A DNA stretch of 64,000 nucleotides, taken from the IMG/VR virus record IMGVR_UViG_3300017751_000007. The stretch is one strand, 5' to 3'. A program made the position numbers and the translations under genes. The notes beneath the pieces were generated by a model. It saw only the letters and a list, made by a program, of their open reading frames with translations, was not told where the DNA came from and searched no databases. The DNA comes from an uncultured virus (IMG/VR IMGVR_UViG_3300017751_000007). Taxonomy: Duplodnaviria > Heunggongvirae > Uroviricota > Caudoviricetes. This document shows positions 58,726 to 64,000 of the stretch, in pieces; within the stretch, counting starts at the first letter, position 1; every line of letters starts with the position of its first letter.

Positions 58726-58772
58726 TATGTTGGTATCCTATCATATTCCTACTCGGTTGGCAAGCTCTTTTC

Positions 58773-59825
58773 TTATGGTTTTGTTGATTGTTCATTCCAA
58801 TCCATAATCTGGTCCATTTTTATACGTATTTCGTCAGGATCCAGACCTAGAGCCTTCATTTCTTTCTTACCCATTGTACCAAAAAACTTCTCATAATCTC
58901 TATTTTTTAGGTCTCTGGCGCCTAGTTTTTTAAAAAAATCTCTATAAATTTTTTGTTCACGTTTGAGATTGGCCGCTCTAGTTTTTGCTGATAAAGTTTG
59001 TTTCTTCGTTTTCTTAATTTCGTTTTTAAGTTCGCCTTCAACGTCTTTCTTTTCTTCGGCGATTTTACTTTCTTTTTCATGTTTTCTAGTCCTCAATGAA
59101 ATATTAGCTGCAATCAACAACAATACTGCCAATGGGTCAAATACGAATATCAATACTATTATTACCCACCTGACAGCCTTGTCAAAGTGGTCTTGTGCAT
59201 TTTCACCATATATCAACTCTGCAATATATTTGATAGGTCCTACTTCAGCCTCTATCTTATCTTGTGCTAATTGTAATACACCTTTTTTGTCGGATAATTC
59301 TGTTATCTTATCACTAGCATTATTAATTGCAAGTGTTAAGGCGTCTCTTTCAGGTTTTTGTTTTTCTCTTTCTTTAAGACCTCTTGTGACATATTCCATG
59401 TCAACATATTTCTCTAATGCCTTGTCTAATAGAGTTAAAGTCTTTTGAGACCTGTATATAATTATATTCTGTTGTTTGATTTGATTATCTAACAACTCTA
59501 TTTTAATATTGTTACTTGATTGTGGTTGTACTTGGTCAAGGTGTGCCTTTGATAAGAAACCAAAGATACCCATAGATGTGATAAAGACTAATACTATAAC
59601 GGCAAATGTAAGATAGGCCTTTATAGTTTGTGGTACAAGTTTATTGTTCCAGTTATTATACAACCAAGAGGCGGCTACAAGTTTACCAACCTCTAATGCA
59701 CTACCCATAGCAATAATGGGAAGCACTGCTCCTGCGAATAATGTGGCAAGTCCCATAATAGAATAACCAGCGGCTATTATAGATATAGAAATCGCACTAA
59801 TGAAAGTTATGAATATTGTTAACAT
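58773..59825 (-). CDS. membrane-anchored coiled-coil protein
   Basis: three N-terminal TMs (LEVGKLV, TSMGIFGFLS), coiled coil and VFDPLAV TM. Confidence 0.75.
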   Translation of the reverse strand: MLTIFITFISAISISIIAAGYSIMGLATLFAGAVLPIIAMGSALEVGKLVAASWLYNNWNNKLVPQTIKAYLTFAVIVLVFITSMGIFGFLSKAHLDQVQPQSSNNIKIELLDNQIKQQNIIIYRSQKTLTLLDKALEKYVDMEYVTRGLKEREKQKPERDALTLAINNASDKITELSDKKGVLQLAQDKIEAEVGPIKYIAELIYGENAQDHFDKAVRWVIIVLIFVFDPLAVLLLIAANISLRTRKHEKESKIAEEKKDVEGELKNEIKKTKKQTLSAKTRAANLKREQKIYRDFFKKLGARDLKNRDYEKFFGTMGKKEMKALGLDPDEIRIKMDQIMDWNEQSTKP

Positions 59826-59833
59826 GGTTATAT

Positions 59834-60505
59834 TTAGTTGTATTCTTTTTGTATCTTCCTGATAATAGACCTAACTTTACCAAAATAGTTTTTATCAGAG
59901 GCATAAGCATCCAATGTTTCAACTAATGGAAATGGGTCATCAACACCTATAGTGTCTCTTAAATTTTGATAATCACCAAAGGCACTACCATTGTTTAAGA
60001 TATTCATATAGTGTAAAACAGAATCACATTCATGTGAATAAACTTTTACACCCCACTTTTTAGGATTGTTTGACGGTAACATATGTGGTTCTCTCAAATC
60101 ATATGTACGTATGCCAAATAAATTCTTACCCTCTTTGGCAAACCTAGATGTACCCCAACCACTCTCTAAAGCCGCCTGTGCTAGTAATAGTTCATGGTTT
60201 ACTGGTAATATATCTGTAGTGGTGTTCTCAATATAATGAATACACCCACGTACACTGATTAAAAAAGTTTGATTACTATTATGTTCAAAGTCTGGTTTTT
60301 CAACCAATATTTGTTCTACATCAAACTTCTCTTCTGTTTCAACTATCTTGTTTACGTCTTCTGTTGTAAGGTCTTCTGGTAGTTCATTTGCTTCTGGTGG
60401 TGTACCATAGGTTAACCACGCTATTAAAGCTATAACAGCAAGAACGCCTGCAATGGTAAAAAACTTTTCAAAAGCCTCTTTGATTCGGATTAATGATTTT
60501 CTCAT
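59834..60505 (-). CDS. glucosaminidase-domain (GH73/Bax-like) protein
   Basis: LAQAALESGWGTSRFA.EG.NLFG and YA..Y motifs; N-terminal TM. Confidence 0.85.
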   Translation of the reverse strand: MRKSLIRIKEAFEKFFTIAGVLAVIALIAWLTYGTPPEANELPEDLTTEDVNKIVETEEKFDVEQILVEKPDFEHNSNQTFLISVRGCIHYIENTTTDILPVNHELLLAQAALESGWGTSRFAKEGKNLFGIRTYDLREPHMLPSNNPKKWGVKVYSHECDSVLHYMNILNNGSAFGDYQNLRDTIGVDDPFPLVETLDAYASDKNYFGKVRSIIRKIQKEYN

Positions 60506-60837
60506 TATCTACCTCTACGTACTATGAATTTGTTTCTACTTATATGTTTTTTACGAGCAATGTAATCGTAACCACCATACACATGACCCTCTTCATCTGT
60601 AAATTCAGGTAGTTTTTTTTGAAAGAACATTAGGTCAGGTTGTAATTTCTTAATCTTACCAAATATTTTTTCAGCCTGTTTTTCAGTGAAGTTATCATAT
60701 ACATCTTTTGCCCATTCGCCAGAATAGTATAATAGTTGTTGCTCGTCTGATTTTATGAAGTTTTTTAACATGTCTGGCACTTTGCCAATAATGTTTTTGA
60801 GGTGGTGGTCTAGTTCTTTAGTCTTTCGCTTACTCAT
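60505..60837 (-). CDS. hypothetical protein
   Basis: 110 aa; GGAGG SD. Confidence 0.7.
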   Translation of the reverse strand: MSKRKTKELDHHLKNIIGKVPDMLKNFIKSDEQQLLYYSGEWAKDVYDNFTEKQAEKIFGKIKKLQPDLMFFQKKLPEFTDEEGHVYGGYDYIARKKHISRNKFIVRRGR

Positions 60838-60863
60838 TATGTAATCCTCCCAGGATTGTTATA

Positions 60864-61172
60864 TTATAAATCTGCAATTTTGAATTTTCTGATAACGTTC
60901 TTTGTAGGTATAACTGTTGTGTTACCACCATCTGCCAAGTCACCATTCTCTTCATAATTGTAGTCACTCATCAATACATGTACTTGTCTATCTTCTTTTA
61001 CCAACCAACCAGTTGATACACAGATAGCAGGTTTCATGTTTTGAATTTCTTTCATTGTTTTCCAACCAGCGTCGGATTGAATATCCTCCCAATACACCAA
61101 ATAGAAATCATATGTAAATGGTATCTCTGGTATATCGTACTTTAGTTTTTTGCTAGTTGGTTTCTTTGCCAT
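60864..61172 (-). CDS. conserved phage hypothetical protein
   Basis: VYWEDI...GW...CVSTGWL...IP pattern. Confidence 0.7.
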   Translation of the reverse strand: MAKKPTSKKLKYDIPEIPFTYDFYLVYWEDIQSDAGWKTMKEIQNMKPAICVSTGWLVKEDRQVHVLMSDYNYEENGDLADGGNTTVIPTKNVIRKFKIADL

Positions 61173-61175
61173 ATA

Positions 61176-61502
61176 TTATGAACATTCCTTATCAGTGATT
61201 TTACTATCTTTCAATAGCAAACACTTATGTTTACTGTCAATCTCTTGTCTTAACTGAGCAGTGATGGTTTCCATAATCATAGGTAAATTCTTTTCCATAT
61301 GGTCTGCAACTTGCAAAGCAAAGATAGCAAACATTTTTTGTAGTTCAGCTTCAAACACTGACATGTCAACATTATTACCTTGTACTTTTTGTGTGATAAC
61401 GTGACCAACTACGGCAGTATTATAATCATCTGCTTTAGCACAACTCACCACTGACCAAGAGGCCAAGTAAATTGCGAAGAAGATTAATACTAATTTTTTC
61501 AT
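61176..61502 (-). CDS. hypothetical exported protein
   Basis: signal-peptide-like N-terminus; AAAGGA SD; TTGACT-N16-TATAAT at 61533-61560. Confidence 0.65.
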   Translation of the reverse strand: MKKLVLIFFAIYLASWSVVSCAKADDYNTAVVGHVITQKVQGNNVDMSVFEAELQKMFAIFALQVADHMEKNLPMIMETITAQLRQEIDSKHKCLLLKDSKITDKECS

Positions 61503-61629
61503 TATATATCCTTTGTTATTATTTATGGTACCATTATACAGGTTCCGACAACAAAGTCAAGCACTTTCTTTAGCTAAAAAGACTTATTTTACTGTGTTTT
61601 GTAGTGATTTGTTCTATTTTTGTTCTAAA

Positions 61630-62160
61630 TTAGACAGGATAAGACGGTCCTTTTTCAATTTTAACAAAATTATCGTCCCAATTGAACGCTTCCTTAACCA
61701 CTGCTTCAGTTAAACCTTTATACTTCTTATTAAGAACCTTGTCTTTCATATTTAAGAGTACGTTTGCCTCGTCAACATGTAATCCTTCTAGGATTTGTAA
61801 GAACATAGTTTCTTTAGATACTTTTTTAGTTCCATCATCTGCACCTTTGACAAAATGCCATAGTTTTTTTGATTCTGTTCTCAACCAACTATGTTCGGTA
61901 CCTGCTGGTACTTCATTTGGTATAAATGGTGGTGTGCCTTTTGGTAAATCCCATACAATGTTAGGGTCAAATGCACCTTTTAAAATCATTCTTAAATGTG
62001 GACTATCGTTTTCTTTTAAAACGGCAATCTTTTTAGGTTTATCTTTTGCGTTGTTTACTTTTGTTAAAATTTCTGACAACAATGGTTCACTTGAACCAGA
62101 GGTTGATTGCATGGCTGTCATTGCAGCTTTGCTTATTAGATTTGGGTTTTGTTGTACCAT
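61630..62160 (-). CDS. conserved T4-like hypothetical protein
   Basis: GAFDPNIVWDLP.G.PP...E.MFLQILEGLH; GGAG SD; TATAAATA at 62200-62207. Confidence 0.75.
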   Translation of the reverse strand: MVQQNPNLISKAAMTAMQSTSGSSEPLLSEILTKVNNAKDKPKKIAVLKENDSPHLRMILKGAFDPNIVWDLPKGTPPFIPNEVPAGTEHSWLRTESKKLWHFVKGADDGTKKVSKETMFLQILEGLHVDEANVLLNMKDKVLNKKYKGLTEAVVKEAFNWDDNFVKIEKGPSYPV

Positions 62161-62219
62161 GATTAATTCTCCAATTTGTTTAATAATTTCATACTAGTAT
62201 ATTTATACATGGAGGATAA

Positions 62220-62296
62220 TGAGGCGGACAGAAAGAAAGGTAGATATGAAAAAACCTTGATGGGATAAACTAATAAAACCATCGGTGTCCGCCTCA
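62220..62296. ncRNA. candidate structured RNA (three-way junction)
   Basis: 11-bp perfect stem TGAGGCGGACA/TGTCCGCCTCA enclosing two 5-bp hairpins. Confidence 0.45.
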
Positions 62297-62307
62297 AAAT
62301 TAAAGGG

Positions 62308-62628
62308 TTATGCTGATACAGCGTAACCTTGTGAACCAAACAAAGCAGTTTGACCAGCTGCGATAACAGCTTTTGATGGTGTTCCTACTCTGTAAGATAC
62401 TCCAGCAGATGTTCTATTTTCATAAATCATCATACCTTCGTTTCTTAATTTACCAACCATTGCAGCTGGTGATTTAAGGTCAAATGTGTTTCTTAGAGTC
62501 TTCCAAGTAACAGAATTACCTTTTGAGAAAAGATTTCTCACTTTTGTCGTTTTTGACATTTTAGTTCTAGCCATTTTAACATCTCCTTGTTTTTTAGCGT
62601 TTAACTTATTCATAATGTATTTTAGCAT
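62308..62628 (-). CDS. winged-helix-like DNA-binding protein (alternative start 62574)
   Basis: basic; SPAAMVGKLRNEG...YRVGTPS; both ATGs have AGGAG SDs. Confidence 0.6.
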   Translation of the reverse strand: MLKYIMNKLNAKKQGDVKMARTKMSKTTKVRNLFSKGNSVTWKTLRNTFDLKSPAAMVGKLRNEGMMIYENRTSAGVSYRVGTPSKAVIAAGQTALFGSQGYAVSA

Positions 62629-62704
62629 AATTGCTCCTCAATTGCGTTTAGTCGCCACTATTCAACAAGACATATCGTACATTTGTAGTATGCTCGTCTG
62701 AATT

Positions 62705-63178
62705 CTATAATTCATCATCAGGAGTGAACATGTCACCACCATCTTGTAGGTGGTTCAATTCATCTTTTATATCCTTTGACAAAGGTCTTGTAGTTTTTGG
62801 TCTTGTTTCATCCATCAAACTACTATAATCTATTTTGGCACTCTTATGTGTACCGTCTCTCATTGTTTTTAATTGTACCATTTTGGTAGATAACAATTGA
62901 GCCGGATGAGCCATATCAAAATCTCTGTACACTAAACCTCTAATACTGTCTATCACTATCGCAAGGTCTTTTGTAAAGTTATCATTCTTTGTGCGAATAC
63001 CAATGTCAACAAATTTACGTAAAAGGTCAAAAGCAATGTCATCAACGGAGTGTTCAACAAATTCTTTAGTCTGTTGTTTCTTAATTTGTTTAGCATACTC
63101 TGTTTCTTGTCTTTTAGTTTTGACTTCACGTACTATTTTATCTGTTGGAAAAAATATTAGATTATCGTTATCACTCAC
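62705..63178 (-). CDS. hypothetical protein
   Basis: 157 aa; GTG start after GGAG. Confidence 0.7.
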   Translation of the reverse strand: MSDNDNLIFFPTDKIVREVKTKRQETEYAKQIKKQQTKEFVEHSVDDIAFDLLRKFVDIGIRTKNDNFTKDLAIVIDSIRGLVYRDFDMAHPAQLLSTKMVQLKTMRDGTHKSAKIDYSSLMDETRPKTTRPLSKDIKDELNHLQDGGDMFTPDDEL

Positions 63179-63443
63179 TTATTTTTTCTCCCTTGAAATT
63201 CACTTTACCTTGTTTGGCAAAATGTTCTACTAATTGATTATAACCACCAATCAGTTCGCCATCAATTTTAATTTGAGGCATTTGTCTAACATTCTTACCA
63301 ATGTCTTCAAGCATTGCTTGAGGTGAATCAAAGGATTCTAAAGCCTTCTCTGTGTATTCTAAACCAAGGTTTTTAACTAACGCCTTTGCTTTATTACAAT
63401 ACACACAGTTAGACTTTGAGTATATGATTATATTACTGGACAT
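63171..63443 (-). CDS. glutaredoxin
   Basis: YSKSNCVYC...MPQI...IGGY. Confidence 0.9.
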   Translation of the reverse strand: MSSNIIIYSKSNCVYCNKAKALVKNLGLEYTEKALESFDSPQAMLEDIGKNVRQMPQIKIDGELIGGYNQLVEHFAKQGKVNFKGEKISE

Positions 63444-64000
63444 CTTTCTTCTCATTGTTTTCAACCACTTTCTTAAACGCTTCAGAAGACGCCTCTTTTA
63501 AATTATAAGAGTCTGTTGCTTCTTCAATCGTGTAGTGGAACATTTTATTAAACTCGCCCATTGGTAATCTTAATCCTATCCATGCTCTATAATAACCATT
63601 ACTAGTCATTGTAACATCTTGTTCAAAGATTTCATAACCTCTAACTTTAGTTTCTTTGATAATATTTACCAAAGTAGATTCTACATCTGATACTACAGTT
63701 TTAGTTTGATTCTTACCAAGTTCGGTAATAAATTGTTTAGATTGTTTATTCATTTCACCTTTGATAATATCAGCTAACTCAGCCTTTGCTATCATTTTAC
63801 CTTTTTCTATTGCAAGATTAAGGTCAGGCGAAACAGCAGTTCCTACGCCAAAGATACATACTTTACCGTCATCATCTGTTTTAATAAGACCGTTGTCTGC
63901 CATAAATGACATATCACAAGCCTTCTTCTCGTTGAAGTCAGCCATGTACCACTTTGGTACTTTAGTCAACTTCTCTTTGTCCTCTTGGACAATCTTGTAA
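63433..64000 (-). CDS. LPP20-like lipoprotein candidate (start beyond right edge)
   Basis: VPKWY...GVGTAVS.DL..A...AKAELA; frame open to the window end. Confidence 0.55.
   Translation of the reverse strand, partial: YKIVQEDKEKLTKVPKWYMADFNEKKACDMSFMADNGLIKTDDDGKVCIFGVGTAVSPDLNLAIEKGKMIAKAELADIIKGEMNKQSKQFITELGKNQTKTVVSDVESTLVNIIKETKVRGYEIFEQDVTMTSNGYYRAWIGLRLPMGEFNKMFHYTIEEATDSYNLKEASSEAFKKVVENNEKKDVQ

Noticed and set aside
62630..62700. possible riboswitch upstream of the winged-helix gene
   Set aside because: only short stems (TAGT/ACTA, AGAC/GTCT) and no recognisable aptamer consensus
1..64000. CRISPR array, DGR/reverse transcriptase, introns, inteins, integrase or transposase
   Set aside because: no regularly spaced repeats or corresponding motifs were seen; the TnsA-like gene at 42771 is explained as gp4
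1..64000. apparent avoidance of GCATC/GATGC (frequent GAC-GCA codon pairs)
   Set aside because: several sites do occur (near 63, 87, 39413 and 59907); depletion cannot be supported without a k-mer count

Overview
This is a 64-kb, AT-rich segment of a T4-like myovirus. A marine/aquatic alphaproteobacterial host is inferred from the permuted tmRNA and the gene content. Most of the minus strand carries the tail/baseplate module (tail fibres, VrlC-like, gp8, gp9/10-like, gp7, gp6, gp25, PAAR, gp5, hub, gp53, gp48, tape-measure-like, gp51/gp26, gp54-like, gp2) and then replication/accessory genes (gp32, peroxiredoxin, gp59, ThyX, gp33, exonuclease, GH108 lysozyme, DegT plus epimerase, DenV-like, GH73, glutaredoxin). 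Two accessory islands interrupt it. The first (2.9-12.6 kb) is a late-promoter-driven modification cluster: QueC-like, carbamoyltransferase, methyltransferase, glycosyltransferases, radical SAM. The second (30.6-38 kb, between PAAR and gp5) holds early genes, tRNA-Arg, tRNA-Leu, four 2OG-Fe(II) oxygenases and a desaturase operon. The main observations outside the ORF track are: a circularly permuted two-piece tmRNA (tag ANDNNFALAA) whose intervening segment encodes a 29-aa protein inside an inverted repeat; a probable -1 frameshift fusing gp26 to gp51; a tRNA lying in frame inside an ORF; an open in-frame extension past the endolysin TGA; systematically leaderless late genes; and GATC seen only within GGATCC. 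All family calls come from motif recognition by eye, with no database searches, and hand-counted coordinates may be off by a few bases.
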